From Eledone cirrhosa (Eukaryota): a DNA stretch of 64,000 nt. Numbering within the stretch: the first letter of the stretch is position 1; the number at the start of each line of letters is the position of its first letter. A model generated the notes under the pieces. That model ran no database searches. It had not been told where the DNA came from and saw only the letters and a program-made list of their open reading frames with translations. The stretch lies in contig OZ024740.1 of the NCBI GenBank assembly GCA_964016885.1, forward strand, positions 163,494,001-163,558,000. The letters are read 5' to 3'. A program made the position numbers and the translations under genes. Shown one piece after another: positions 39,285 to 54,301 of this stretch.

Positions 39285-39574
39285 GTGTGTGTTGTGTGTG
39301 TATGTGTGTATGTATGGCTGACTGAATACGCACGTGTGTTTTTTTTTTCCTCATTTTTTTATCATTCTTTAATAAGACGAAACATAAAGGATTAGTGTTC
39401 GAAACGTTAACGCTCTTTTCTTATTATTTCAAGCGTTAACGCTCTTTTCTTATTATTTCAAGCGTTAAACTAATATATTTCTGTGTCATTTGCTTTGTTA
39501 TTTCTGTTTGCTTTACATTATGTGTGTATGTGAGTTTATATGTGTGTGTGTGAGTGTGTGTGTGTATGTGTGTG

Positions 39575-39650
<76 letters not shown>

Positions 39651-39672
39651 CGTGCGTGCGTGTGTGCGTGTG

Positions 39673-39709
<37 letters not shown>

Positions 39710-41142
39710 CCGCATACATTTGGGTACAAACGACCGAAAGAGCAATTAACACATAATGTGGAATTTGTGAATATTTATATTAACAGTATGACTTATTTTT
39801 GCATTAACAAGTGATTTTGTAGCACAATCAAAATAAGAGAAGAAGCTGGTGAACTGACATGTTAAAAGAGGTCTCCATTGGTTGGTTTAAAACATTCGCT
39901 GTTATATAGGCTATAATGACTCCGTATATGTACTAACACAATAGTCTAGATTTCTAGAGGAAAGAGTAGAGACCTTTGCTATCATTAACACTAAACGACT
40001 ACTTGACTGTTACCTCAGAAATTAACACCATGCCCTGATTCAACAAGGGTGCTTCTATGTGGTCGTTCGACCTACTAAAAATAGCAGCTAAATCACACCC
40101 TAACATAATAATAAAGTAGATATTAAATAATGAAAATAAAGCGTAGAATCGTTACAGCTTGAATGTCTTTTGACCAGATGTCTGATAAAGGCTGACTTCG
40201 AGCTAAACAGTAATACCAGAGCCATGTTATCAAAGTTAAGCTGCATGAACATTTTAGGCTTTTGGATTAGAGGTGTGGCAAAGCATAGTGTTACGATTTT
40301 GTGTCACGTGGTAGTCCCATATGATTTGCAACTGACATAAAACTGAATATTAAATTTAACACGTTGGGAATATTTACTAATAAAAGTCTGACCTCACTAT
40401 CAAATTTGTAATTCCAATATAAATTTTAAATTTGCTTTCCCAAAACACATTTACTCTATGAATAGAATTAATCTTTTCACAGTTAACGAGTTATTTCGTG
40501 ATAATACGTTCTGATTATATTTCGAGTTTTGGTGAGTATAAACATATAATTATAACCAGACAAGCAGCATCATAATTCAATCGACTCATTATTAACTGTA
40601 TATATACGTATCTATTAAATCATAAACACATATGTATAATACAGCCTCTATTAGAAAATTCTATGATAAATCTAATATAGGTGAGTCGACAGTTTTTAAA
40701 TTATAAACCCCGCTGAGAAAATGTAAACAAATTTGAATACAATTTCGTTATTTTCTTCGTAAAGAGAAAAGCACTGGATATAGATATTTCACAATTAATT
40801 TACTGCTCATCAGAAGTCAAAACCCCTATCCTTCCGTTCAAGGAAGGAGAGAATTCATAAAAACAATTACTATTTATATGAGACAAAAGGACTTAACTGA
40901 AATGGTGGTCATGTAATTAATTAAATAAACATATTTTTGCATAACTGAGCGAATATTAGAAATCGTAGATAAATATAATATAGGTGTGTATGCAGTTTTT
41001 AAATTATAAGCCGCCTTGTGAAAACCAAAACAAATGTGGACAAGCTTTTGTTATATAGAAAAGTATAGGGATTACCTTTCCACGTTTTCTCTATTTCAAC
41101 ATATCTAAATTTATCAGACACTTTACTTGGTTAGCGGCCAAC

Positions 41143-41231
<89 letters not shown>

Positions 41232-41436
41232 TACATACATATATATACACACACACACATATATATATATAGTATTAAGGATACTATTTATGGTTATGTA
41301 TGTAATAAAGCCTTTTATGGTTATATATTTTTATACAAACCCTAAATAGTGAAAGATAGTCATTAATTACTATCTTATTACCAGTAAGATAAATAGCTCA
41401 ATGTAGTAACATCTGTTGTTTTACAGAGCAGTTATA

Positions 41437-41952
<516 letters not shown>

Positions 41953-42417
41953 TTCCTATATATATATATATATATAGGAATATTTTTATATATTCCTATA
42001 TATATATATATATATATATAAGTTATAGGATACAAAAGCCTCACTACTACCTATTTCCTTGTGTTCATTTAAATGATATACATTCCTCCTTATGAAGAAC
42101 TCAACTAGATACGAAAATTCATTGAGGGCATTTGTATTTTCAATTTGCAGGGTAATAAACATATTTGTCAAGTTTTGTCTATCTACTAAATGTATAAAAT
42201 GTATAATACACAATTACGCAATCGAGGTTACATGTCATTCTATTCAATAATAAATAACTCCGTCCCGCACCACCAACAGGATTCAAGATCGAAGATGGAT
42301 GAGTTGCCATACGTCGAGTGCTTTTCTAGTAATACATCATGATTAACTATACGGAATGACCAGTTCTATCCAGTGGTGATCCACCAAACTTCAATGAATA
42401 TATATATACACACACGC

Positions 42418-42549
<132 letters not shown>

Positions 42550-43212
42550 CTCAATACGGTAGTAGAGAAGGTTCATATTATTTAGAAGTTTCATTAGTTT
42601 GAAATATTATATATATATATACGATATTAAACAAATGGAAACTATATTTATAAAACCATATTTATTTCATTATACATATTTCAGGGATACCATATTAAAA
42701 ATATAGCATGCCTTCGTCAGATAAAATACGATATATAAACAGTTTTATAAATAATTTTGACGCACCATAACATAAGCGACCATTAAATTAGGAAGCTGCC
42801 TGGGTAGTGATGTGTTTATAATTATTTAGTTATAGTGTTAAGCACAGTTAGAAAAAAAGACGGAGAGAAAGAAGTAACGGAGGTAAAGAAAAACAGAGAG
42901 AGAGAGGGAAGAGAAAAAAAAAGATAAAGCACAGTTAGAAAAAAAGACGGAGAGAAAGAAGAAACGGAGGTAAAGAAAAACAGAGAGAGAGAAGGGAGAG
43001 AGAAAAAATATATATATCTTTTTTTCTCTCTCCTCTTTCTCTCTCTGTTTTTCTTTACCTCCGTTTCTTCTTTCTCTCCGTCTTTTTTTCTAACTGTGCT
43101 TAACACTATAACTAAATAATTATAAACACATCACTACCCAGGCAGCTTCCTAATTTAATGGTCGCTTATATTATGGTACGTCAAAATTATTTATAAAACT
43201 GTTTATATATTG

Positions 43213-43278
43213 TATTTTATCTGACGAAGGCATGCCATATTTTTAATATGGTATCCCTGAAATATGTATAATGAAATA
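43213..43278 (+). ncRNA. Hammerhead ribozyme with canonical core (inverted copy ~42664-42728)
   Basis: UAUUUUAU-CUGACGA-AGG cAUGCCAUAU uuuua AUAUGGUAU cCCU-GAAA-UAUGUA-UA-AUGAAAUA: 8-bp helix I, long helix II, near-palindromic helix III, AUA triplet. Confidence 0.8.
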
Positions 43279-43427
43279 AATATGGTTTTATAAATATAGT
43301 TTCCATTTGTTTAATATCGTATATCTACTCCAAAAACTTGTCGAGTGCTTTATATCAGTTATAAAATATTTACTTGTTGTAACCCAACAATTTTAAATAA
43401 AACTTTTGTATATATATATATATATAT

Positions 43428-43592
43428 AATTGTTTCTATTTTAGGCACAAGGCCAGCAAATACCCAGTACATTACTGGTACTTTATTTTATCGACCCCGT
43501 AAGGATGAAAGGCAAAGTTAACCTCGGCCGGATTTGAACTCAGATCGTAAAGGGACGTAACTATGCTGGAAAGCATGTCCGACCCTCCACCG
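43428..43592 (-). mobile_element. Family A SINE
   Basis: Near-identical to 9908-10075. Confidence 0.85.
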
Positions 43593-44271
43593 ATATATAT
43601 ATAATATTTTCAAACTAATGAAACAGTTCTAGTCCTGTAGAAGTCATTTCTATGTGAAATAATATTAACTTTCTCTACTGCCGTATTGAGTACCTTATTT
43701 AACTGTGGTTCCTTTCCGTTCCTCTTTGGAAAGTCATACTTCAGCATATATATCTAGAGAGAGAGACAAAGGGAGATATATATATATATATAGAGTAAGA
43801 GAGAAAGGGAGGGAGGTGATAGATCGATAGATATTACTCTCTCTAAACTCTCATTCCTGTTTCCTTTAATCCATTATACGTGTATTCTGTTTGTGTGTAT
43901 TTTCTTTCTCTCATAATATCTTTTTAAATCATTGTTTTAATAATGATATCTTTGCTTGGAGTAGCTGACTTATGACACTTTTAATCGACCGATTCCATTT
44001 AAATAGCAACAAAAATCAATAGGATTTTCAAATACAATATTTTTTTTTTTTTTTAATGCAACTAAAACTTTAGAATTATCTTCATTTAACTCTTGTGTGA
44101 GGTTCACAATTTTTAATATAGTAAATAAAAGAAAAAGAAAAAACACGAGCTAATAATAACGAGGATGATAGAACTGTGTATATATATATATATATAGATA
44201 TATATATATGTATACATATATATATATATATTGTATCCTTCTCTGACTCACGCTGTCTGTCTGTCTGTCAG

Positions 44272-44375
<104 letters not shown>

Positions 44376-44382
44376 CTGACAT

Positions 44383-44431
<49 letters not shown>

Positions 44432-44446
44432 GAGAGTCAGAGAAGG

Positions 44447-44511
<65 letters not shown>

Positions 44512-44694
44512 AAAGTATATATATTCCTACACGCACAAAGCGCTTAGGGAAACATCTATTGTCCAACCATATGCCAATGTGGTTCAATGGCAGGTTAATA
44601 AATTAACGAGCCAGAACATATATAATCAAGGTTTAGCAAATAAGAAAAAGTTTCAAAATAAATTTTTTAAAATTAACTTTACTCACTATGGTTA

Positions 44695-44823
44695 CCTTTA
44701 CCGAATCGGTTTCGAGTCTCGGGAATTTTATATTCTCCGAGTAAAAGATCCTTCTGACGAGAGTTTATCTTTGCAATGGATGCCGTAAGGACTGTCCGTT
44801 TATTTTTGAGACTCGAAACCGAT

Positions 44824-44826
<3 letters not shown>
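44695..44826. ncRNA. Foldback junction splitting a hammerhead motif
   Basis: Plus strand CCUU-CUGACGA-GAGU...ACUC-GAAA-CCGAUUC ends at (CT)n; the minus arm supplies GAAA-CCGAUUCGG-UA-AAGG. Confidence 0.65.
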
Positions 44827-44895
<69 letters not shown>

Positions 44896-45139
44896 CTGAC
44901 ATACATACAGACAGACAGACAAATTTCTCTTTATTTGCCACTAGGGCACAAAAGAAAGGGACATGTACATGGGTTGGGGGAGTTTACATAAAAATCGAGT
45001 AAGAAAAATATAACAAACAAAATAGTAACAAGAAGGTCCTCAATAGGGAGGGATCGTTTTGGGGTCACACACACCTCCGAAAAAATGTGCGACTCTTCTC
45101 CACGGGAGCACAAAGAGAGGGTGCTCCCTTCTTCATTTT

Positions 45140-48100
45140 CCACCGACAGGCTGAGGTAGAGAGAAGGCCCATTCACACGGGCCATTCTCGCAACTTTCAC
45201 CCACCTTTCATAAAACTGGCTGGAGTGGAGCACCTCTCTCTCCATCCTGATCCTTCTTCCGAAATGGTATCGGAAGAAAAGGACCAGTTGTTGGCCGGAG
45301 AGAAAGGTGTCCGATCTCAGCCCTTTCAGACGCGTCCACCATATAACCTCTTTTACCATGGCTATTACACAGAGGAAGACCGCCTCTCCTTCATTTTTGA
45401 AGGGAGGAGGCGGCTTGATCGTTACAATGGACTCGGTGGTCAACCTAATTGGTCCCACCCGTGACAGCAGTTGTTCGACATAGCCCCACAGATCGGCAAC
45501 GCCCGGGCAGTGCACCAATGCGTGTGCGACAGTTTCCTAGTCGCGCACGCATCTGGGACAGATCTTTTTCGAGGGGTCCCTACCCGGGCGCCCGTGTCTG
45601 TAGAGCTTATCCCGAACGGGCAGAGCCCCTCGGTAGCACTGCCAGGCCAAGGACTTCTGGAAGTTGTCCATAGGTCCCGGGCCGAAAGTCCTACCGAATA
45701 GACTGGCCAGTTCGTCCTCCTCCATGCCTAGGGTTTCTCCGAGGGCGTCGTCTCACCCGCTAACCACCAGCCCTCTATAGAATGACGAGGTGGAGTCTCC
45801 GTCGATAGCCGGGTCCGCATGCCAGAGAGCCGTGAGCGCCTGGGCACACTCGGTGTGCCAGTCGCCCAGTTTTCTCGGTCTTTGCTTCACCCAGGACTGC
45901 AGCTCGGTGAGCGAGACGAGCCTCGGGAAGGCTCGCCTCACAAACGGGGCCCACACCGGTTGACCAGTGAGGAATACCTGGAGGTGCCTTAGCCTCAATG
46001 CGTGTTTACGCATTTTTAGCCACGGCATCCCCAGCCCTCCTTTCAAAGGGTGTTAACAGCAGATGGATCTCCTCACCAGAGGAGACCTCTTTTTCCAAAG
46101 GAAATAAAAGAGGGCGCGCTCCATTTTGGCGAGGATCTCACCCGGGCAAGGCACGACAGTCAAGCGGTAATAGATGACGGACGCTATGTAAGCGTTCGCC
46201 ACCTCCGCCCGACCTTTCAGGGATAGTTTGCACTCGGCCCACTTCTGGGTCAGTGCAAACACCCTATTCGTCACCTCACCCCAGTTTTTTCCACCTGGAG
46301 GTCTGGTCCGAACCAGACCCCAAGCAACTTCACCGGGCCCTCCGTCCACCGTCCGACGATACCGTCGCACGACATTGCTTTGCCCCTCCACTCACCGAGT
46401 TGCAAAGCGACTGACTTGTCCCGGTTCAACTTAGCCCCTGTCAACCTTTCGTACTCCTCCAGTAAGGTGCCGATTGCCTCGATTTCCGAGGTGGTCGACA
46501 CCATTACTGTTACGTCATCGGCATAGGCCGACACCGCTTTGCGCAATCCCGGTTCCAAAGGGATGCCCTGCAACAACTCCAACTTCCGCAGTAGTGGCTT
46601 GAGAGCCAATACATACAGAAGGGAGGAGAGAGGGCATCCCTGTCGGATGGAGCGGGTGATTTCGAACGGCTCCGAAAGGTAGCCGTTCACCTTGACTCTA
46701 GAGCAGATGCGGCTGCTGTGCATGGCAGTGATCCAGCCCCTGAAAACGGGTCCGAACCCAGCCGCCTCTAGCACCGCATCCAGGTAACCATGGTCCACCC
46801 TATCGAACGCTTTAGACTGATCTAAATTTATCAGGGCCCCACCAAAGCCGGGTTCGTTCCCAACCCTCTCTATGATGTATCGCATGAGGTGGAGGTTGTC
46901 GTGGATGGACCTGGACGGGATAGCGCATGTCTGCGCATCTCTCACCAGGCCCCCCACGACAAGCGCCAACCTCTTCGCTAACACCTTGGCCAAAGTTTTT
47001 AACTCTGCATTTAGCAGAGTTATGGGCCTAAAATTACTAATGTCATCCCCCTTGTTCTCGTCCTTCCTCACTAGCGAGACTACGCCCTTGGTCACAGAAC
47101 AGGGAATTCTCCCGTTCTGTTGCCAGTTGCAGTAGACCGCCTCGAGGAGATCGGGGAACAAGTCCGGCATATTAATATATAGTTCGTAGGGCAGACCATC
47201 GAGCCCTGGAGATATGCGTTTGCCGCATAGGCTCAGCACGTCCCCTATTTCAGCAGCTGAGATCGGCCCGTCGCAGGACCTCGCCTCCTTGTCCGAAAGA
47301 CGCGGCAGGCCGTCGAGGTATGGACCGAAATCCACATCCCCGACCGGCCCCCCGCCCCTCCCAAACAATCGGGCAAAGTGCCTTTGAAAGGCCTCGCACA
47401 TTTGCTTAGGTTCAAGGATCAACCGTCCATCCTGGTCTCGCAAAGACCGGATAGTGGATTTAATCCCACTTTTCGCTTCTGTCACGCGGGCCCAGCTAAC
47501 AGCTTTGGTCCCCTCGTTTCCCAGAGCACGTATTTTGCTTCGGGCAACGCAGCCTTCGTGTTTCGCGTCGAAGAACTGGTTCACGACCGTTCTCGACGCT
47601 TGCACTCTGGCCACGTTGCCGCTTCTCATTGCCTCTTCAACATTAATTACCAACTCCCTTTCCTTCCTATTTCTATCTGAGGCTAACTCCTTACTAACTC
47701 CTATTGAAACTACTCTAATCTCTCTTTTTAGAGAGCCCCACCACCTGCTGTTGACGATGGCGCCCGTCAACCGCTCCTTAACTAAGGTTCTAATCCGGTC
47801 CCTGTAAGCTCTACTTGCCGGTAAGGACAAGTTGAGCTTCCAGTAACCGGGCCCCTGCCTATGCGTTCTATCAAGGTGGACTACGCAGGTCACTAACTTG
47901 TGGTCTGAATAGCCCACCATGAGCATTTCTGGACAACTTAAAAAGTCCCTATCCTTAATTCTAACTAAGAACCTATCTAGGTACGATCTAGATTGACCAC
48001 TGTTATTTGACCAAGTCCAGGTTGGCACAGTCGGAAAATCTAGTCAGTATCTATCGGCCAGGTCAAATCGGTCGATTAACCCCTTAAGGCTGTTACACCC

Positions 48101-48579
48101 CCCTCTATCGGGACATGCCCCTACATAGTCCCAACGTGCATCTAGGATACCATTCCAGTCCCCCACTAAAAGCAAGGAGCGAGACGTCCCTAGAAAAGTC
48201 TCCAGACGATGGAAGAAGTCCGACCGCATTGCCCCAAAAGGGGCGTATACGGCGACAAGCCTAAAGCTTCGCCTTCACCATTGCCAAGGTCCAGAACCAC
48301 GAGTCGACCCTCCGGGTCCAAGTGTACCGTCTGTGTAGTGAGACCCAGATGTTTTTGCAGCAGAACGACAACCCCACCCCCACCTCCGGGCTGACAGAGA
48401 GATGCGTGCATCTCAAAGTCATCAAAGGTGGGGGTTAGCTGTCGCATGCTGCTGATCCGGGCCTCGCAAATAACCATCACATTTATACATTGTGACCTGA
48501 GGTCACTTAGAAGTTTAGCTTGCTTCCAAGGTGAGCCCAGGCCACGCGCATTTAGACAACCTACTCTTAACACAGCCAT
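45140..48579 (-). pseudogene. Tx1 ORF2 (APE endonuclease + RT), multiple frameshifts
   Basis: CLNARGL, LVGDWN, SYLDR, SDHK, PGLDGLP, FRPITLLN, LDQSKAFDRVDH, RQGCPLS, AYADD, GGLG. Confidence 0.92.
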
Positions 48580-48602
48580 GTTGGTGGCAAAGAAAGAGGC
48601 AC

Positions 48603-50032
48603 TTACCTCTCTGCGTCCCGGGGTTCGGGCCGCTCAGTTTCCATGGGGCTGGTGGAGGGGTTGATGGGTGGGGTGGTGGTTTGTGGTGGTGTGGGGGTAT
48701 TAGTGTGTGGAGGGGTGGGGTTATTTTTGTTTGTGTGGTGTGTGTACGTTTTTTTCTTTTCACTTTTTGGAAGGGAGCCCCCTCGTCTTCCGACGATATG
48801 AGCTCCTCTTCCGTATTGGAGGGGAGGGGTATATCTCCGGGTTGTGTATGAACTGCGTGTGTTTTTGTATTTGTGTTCTGTGGGGAGGGGCTGGGTGGGA
48901 CCGTGTTTTGGGTTGTTTTCTTGAGCTGTTGTTGATGTTGTTGTTGTGATGGTGGTGGTGGAGGTGGTGTTGTTGGTTTTTGTTGTCGTTGTGGTGGTGA
49001 TGGTAGTGTATTTTGTTGTTTTTGTGGTGGTGGTGCTGGTTGTTTTTGTTGTTGTTGTGGTGTTTGTAGCAGTGGTTTTTTTGTTGTTAGTAGAGGGCAG
49101 GCCGTCCTCATGTGACCTCTGCCAGCGCAGTGGTAACATGAGGGTCTCCTGCCTTCCACCGTAATATTTATGAAGGTTCGCCCATCCAGTAGGACTCGGT
49201 CGGGTATTCCGGAGATTCTCTCAGGTGTCATCTGTAAGAGAACCTCCAGACTTTTCCCCCCGAACAGTCCACTGGTGGACTCCCCTGCTGAAATAAGGAT
49301 GTCCTTTTCTAGGTCTGTAAATCCTGTTAGGACGGATCAGATGTTAACTTCTGGCGTTAGGCTCCACATTCTTATTCTTTGTGTTCTTCTTCCTTTATAT
49401 GTGGGGAAGAAGGTGTATTGTGGTGACACTATAGGTGCCACCGAATATTTTTGAGCCAGCATTTCGTCCTTCATTCGGACTATAATGCTGGCATACAGCT
49501 TTCCTCTTTCAATAAAGAGTATGTCCTTTTTAATGTCTTTCAGAACCAGCTCAATTTGACTTTCTGTCAATTGAGCTGGCTTTCTTGTTGCGTTGGTTAT
49601 AGTCCTGTAGGTTATGGTATTTCTATATACCTGTTGACGAACTTCTTCTGGGGAGTTGATCGTAAAATAACCATCCTCCCCAAAAGATACGTATTTTCTG
49701 GCATCTAGCAAATTTTGCTTAGCGTTAGTAATATCTATGGGCTTGTATTCAATAGCTTTCTTGACCGTTTGGGCAAAAGAAATGTTGTTGTCTTTGTTGC
49801 TTGTTGTTGTAATGTTGTTGGTTTCATTATTTGTGGTGTTATTTTTTTCTTCAAAATTTAGGTTTTCATTCGAATTAATATTCTTTTTTTTTTCATTGGA
49901 GAGGAGGGGCTGTTCAACAGTTTGAATTGTTGTTCCCTCTTTCCCGCTTATTTTTTTGGTAGGCGTGGCGTTAGCTTCCAGTATGGCGATATCGTTTTCG
50001 ACGATATCGTTTTCAACGATATCGATAAACAT
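48603..50032 (-). pseudogene. Tx1 ORF1 (frameshifted)
   Basis: ORFs 49337-50032 and 48515-49231; ITVEGRRPSCYHCAGRGHMRTAC zinc knuckle, then P/Q/T-rich linker. Confidence 0.8.
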
Positions 50033-50435
50033 TTCTGAATTAAATATTTTTCACCCCAAAAGGGGTGAAAATATATTTACCCTACGTTTACAGTCCCAGA
50101 CTAGGGGTTAGAGTCAATAATAAAAAACAATTCAAATAATGCACTCACAAATATTCCAGGTAAAAATTCCAAATCGAAGAGCCGATATGAAAGACGTCTA
50201 CTATCAGAGACAGATAGACAGACAGACAGAGAGAGAGTCAGAGAAGGAGAGTCAGAGAAGGATAGGAAGAGGGGAGAAGAAGAAGGCGTGGTGGTGGTGT
50301 AAAAAAGTTGGATCAGCAAGAATTATCCGAAAAGTCCTTGACACAAAATAAAGAAAGTTATGAACAGAATTGAAAAGCCGATAATAAGAGAGAGGGCAAG
50401 AATGCTTTTCATCCTAGACCACGGGTTGTGTAATG

Positions 50436-50655
50436 ACAATTGTTTCTACGTTAGGCACACATCCAGCAATTTGGGGGTAGAGGAAAGTAGATTAAATCGA
50501 CCCCAGTGCATTACTGGTGCTTTATTTATCGACCCCGTAAGGATGAAAGGCAAAGCTAACCTCAGCGGGTTTTGAACTCAGATCGTAAAGAGCCGTGACT
50601 CTATGCCACAGAGCCTGTTGTCCGACGCTCTACTGATACTGCCAATCCACCGCCC
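50436..50655 (-). mobile_element. Family A SINE
   Basis: TTATCGACCCCGTAAGGATGAAAGGCAAAG..TTGAACTCAGA..GCCAATCCACCGCC. Confidence 0.85.
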
Positions 50656-50669
50656 TAAACAGCGATAAT

Positions 50670-50710
<41 letters not shown>

Positions 50711-50969
50711 TTTCTTTATTAACCACTAGGGTTTACATAAAGTAGACATTAAGGACAGTGCAGGACAATACAGGACGGTACTAATGGGCATTTCTGCGTG
50801 TAAAAAACAAAAACAGAGGATGTAACAAAAAAATAACAATGAAAAATTCCCCAATAGGGGGGGAGACTTCGGAGGGACATTTGTGGAGAAAGCCCAGTAA
50901 AAGGCCACAGTGACCCTGACCACCAAGGCAAGTGCCCTCTCCCAGTTTTCCACCTTTAATTTACATATA

Positions 50970-53900
50970 CGTAGTCAGAGTAGGCCCATTCACTCGGGCC
51001 ATTCTTGCTTCTCTCACCCATCTTTCAACAAAATGCTAGGAAGAGAGCACTTCCCTCTCTACTCTGATTTTCCTTTTCAAATGAAATTTGAAAAAGTCAA
51101 TCAGGGCATCACCGAAGAGGTAAGTGCTCGTCTTCAGCCCTTTCAAGCGTGTCCACCATACTATCTCTTTCGCCATGGCCACCAGGCAGATAAATACTGC
51201 CTGCCCTTCCCGGCTAAACGAAGAGGGCGGGGCAATCCTCACGATGGACTCAGATGATAGCCGGATCCGTCCTACACACAACAGCAGGTGTTCGACATAA
51301 ACCCACAAGTCAGCAATTTTCGGACACTGGAAGAGTGGGTGCAGGACGGTTTCGTCGCCCTGCGCGCATCTCGGACATGCCCGGCTGACGGCAGCTCCAT
51401 GCCTGTAGAGTTTATCCCGAACTGGCAAGGTTCCTCGGTAGCACTGCCAGGCCAGAGATTTCTGGAAGTTGTCCATAGGTCACGGCCCGAAAGTTCTTCC
51501 GAAGAGATTGGCTAGTTGATTTTCGTCGACGCCTAGAGTTTCCCCAAGTACATCGTCGCTCTTCCCCTCCACTAATCCTCTATAGAACGCCGAGGTGGAG
51601 TTTCCACCGATCACATTGCCCGATTGGTCGAGGGCTGTGAGCGCCTGAAGACATTCCAGTCTCCAGGCGCTCCCTCTCGGTCTTCGCTTGACCCAGGACT
51701 GCAGCTCCGTAAAGGAAACGAGCTGGGGAAATACGTGTCTAGCAAACGGCGACCACACCTGATCACCGTCGAGGAAGAGGTGGAGATGTCGTAGCCTGAG
51801 CGCGTGTCTGCGCATCATCAGCCACGGCATGCCCAGCCCTCCACGTAGCGGGTGTTGACAGCAGATGGACCGCCTGACCATCGGAGCGCGTCCCTTCCAC
51901 AAAAAGCGAAAGAGCAAACGCTCCAGCGCAGTCAGGCGGGGCTTAGGACAAGGTACGACGGTCAGGCGGTAGCAGATGACAGACGCGATGTACGCGTTAG
52001 CCACCTCCGCTTGACCTTTCAGGGATAGCTTCCTCTCGGCCCATTTCTGGGTGAGAGAAGCCACCCTGCTCGTCACCTCGTCCCAGTTTTTGTCCGTCTG
52101 GAGGTCCGGACCGAACCAGACCCCTAGCAATTTAACCGGTCCGTCCTTCCAGCGTCCGACGACGCTGTTAGACGGCATGGAGCTGCCTCTCCAGGTGCCG
52201 AGATGCAGGCCCACTGACTTTTCCTGGTTGATCATTGCTCCTGTCACCGCTTCGTATTCTCTTAGTGTAGTGCCGATCGCTTCGATGTGTTTGGCGTTCG
52301 ACACCACTACGGTGACATCGTCCGCATATGCTGACACGGATCTTCCGCATCCTAGTTCGCGCGGGACGCCCCTCAATGTCTCCAGTTCGTGCAGTGATGG
52401 CTCGAGAGTCAATACGTACAAGAGGGACGAGAGGGGACATCCTTGGCGGACCGAGCGCATGATGTTGAACGGTTCCGAAAGGTGACCGTTCACTCTCACC
52501 ACAGAGCAGATGTCGCTGTGCATGGCAGCGATCCAGCCTCTGAAGACGGGCCCAAAGCCAGCCGCCCTCAGGACTCCCGCTAGGTAACGATGGTCGACCC
52601 TATCGAAAGCTTTCTGCGCCTCTCCCACCAGACCACCAACGACAAGCGCCAACCTCTTTGCTAGCACCTTGGCCAAAATCTTGAACTCTGTGTTTAGCAG
52701 GGTTATGGGCCTGAAATTATCTATGTTATCCCTCTTGTTCGGATTATTTCTCAGCAGTGCCACCGCTCCTCGGCTCACAGAGCTGGGAATTCTCCCGTTC
52801 TGTTGCCAGTTGCAGTAGACGTCTGCCAAGAGGCCTCCGAACAAGTCTGGCATATGTACGTAAAGTTCATAGGGCAGACCATCCAAACCAGGCGATTTAC
52901 CCCTTGTGCAGCCAGTCATTGCCTCCCGTACTTCAGCGGCTGTTATCGGCTTTTCGCAATACTCCGCCTCAGTGGCCGAGAGCCGCGGCAGTCCGTCGAG
53001 GTAGACACTAAAGTCCATCCCTCGACCCGGCCCACCGCTGCCCTCGAACAGCTGCGCGAAGTGTCGCTGAAAAGCTTCACACATTTTCCCGGGATCGAGT
53101 AGCATGCGCCCGTCGTGGTCCACCAAAGACCGGATCGTGGCTTTGTTGCCACGACGCGCCTCCGCCACTCGAGCCCATTGAACGGCTTTCGTCCCCTCGT
53201 GTCTGAGAGCACGCACCCTAGCTCTGACAACGCAGCCTTCGTGCTTTGCATTGAAGAATTGGTCAAGGGCCAATTTCGCCGCAAGCACGTCGGTCGCGAT
53301 GCCTTTGCTAAGCGCTTCGTCTAATTTTCTAACTAGTTCTCCTTCTGCTCTATTTGTCTCTATTGCGAAAGCCTTACTAAACCTAATGGATTCTATTCTA
53401 ATCGCTCTCTTCAGAGCAAACCACCAATTGTTGTTGACGATGGCCCCCGTCAACGCCCGCTTAACTAGTTCGCTAATCCGGTCTCTGTAGGCCTTGCGCG
53501 CTGGTAAGGACGCGTTTAGCTTCCAGTAGCCGGGTCCTCGTCTATGAAGCCTATCTAAGTCAAGCACACAGATCACGAATTTGTGGTCCGTGTAGCTGAC
53601 TATCTTGAATTGTGGACAGCCTATGCTAGACCTATCTATTTTCCTACAAAATACTCTATCTAGATATGATCTGGGTGACCCTATCCGATTTGTCCAAGTC
53701 CACATTGGCACATTCGGGAAATCCAATCGGTACCTGTCAGACAGTTCAAAACGCCTGAGCAGGTTGGTGAGGCTCTTGCACCCTCCACCCCTATCCGCTA
53801 ATCCCACACAGTCCCAGCGTGCATCTAAGATCCCGTTCCAGTCGCCCACTAACACTAAAGAGCGGGACGTTCCAAGAAAGGTCTCCAGACGCCGGAAGAA

Positions 53901-54266
53901 ATCAGGCCGCCCTGCTCCTGTCGGGGCATAGACGGCCACTAGCCTGAAAGCTTTCCCGTCTCCGCTGGTCACGTCCAGCACCACCAACTTACCCTCTGGG
54001 TCCAGGAAGATGACCCGTATGGCGAGATCTAAACCTCACCAAAAAAGCACGACAACTCCCCCCCCCCCCGATCCAGGACGGCTGGGAGATGCGTACACAT
54101 CGTAGCCGCCGAAGATCGGTGCGAAGGCCCGTGCTTCGGAGATTCTGGTCTCGCTGATGGCCACTACATCTATGTTTAGTGACCTGATGTCGTTGAGCAG
54201 GTGACCCTGCTTCCATGACGAACCCAAGCCACGCGCATTTATGCTGCCTATTCTGAGTGAGGTCAT
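50970..54266 (-). pseudogene. Tx1 ORF2 (APE + RT) with frameshifts and an RT deletion
   Basis: ORFs 54036-54266, 51480-53987 (835 aa) and 51036-51476; SINARGL, VGDWN, TDHK, RQGCPLS, AYADD, CPRC..HPLFQC. Confidence 0.92.
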
Positions 54267-54301
54267 GTTTAAAATGGAGTGGAAAAGATGGGAAAGACCA
54301 C

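Larger units (their letters stand above)
44922..50205 (-). mobile_element. L1/Tx1-clade LINE no. 1, near full length
   Basis: ORF1 with CCHC knuckle; ORF2 with APE, RT and C-terminal CPRC..HALVHC; flanked by (GACA)n on both sides. Confidence 0.92.
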
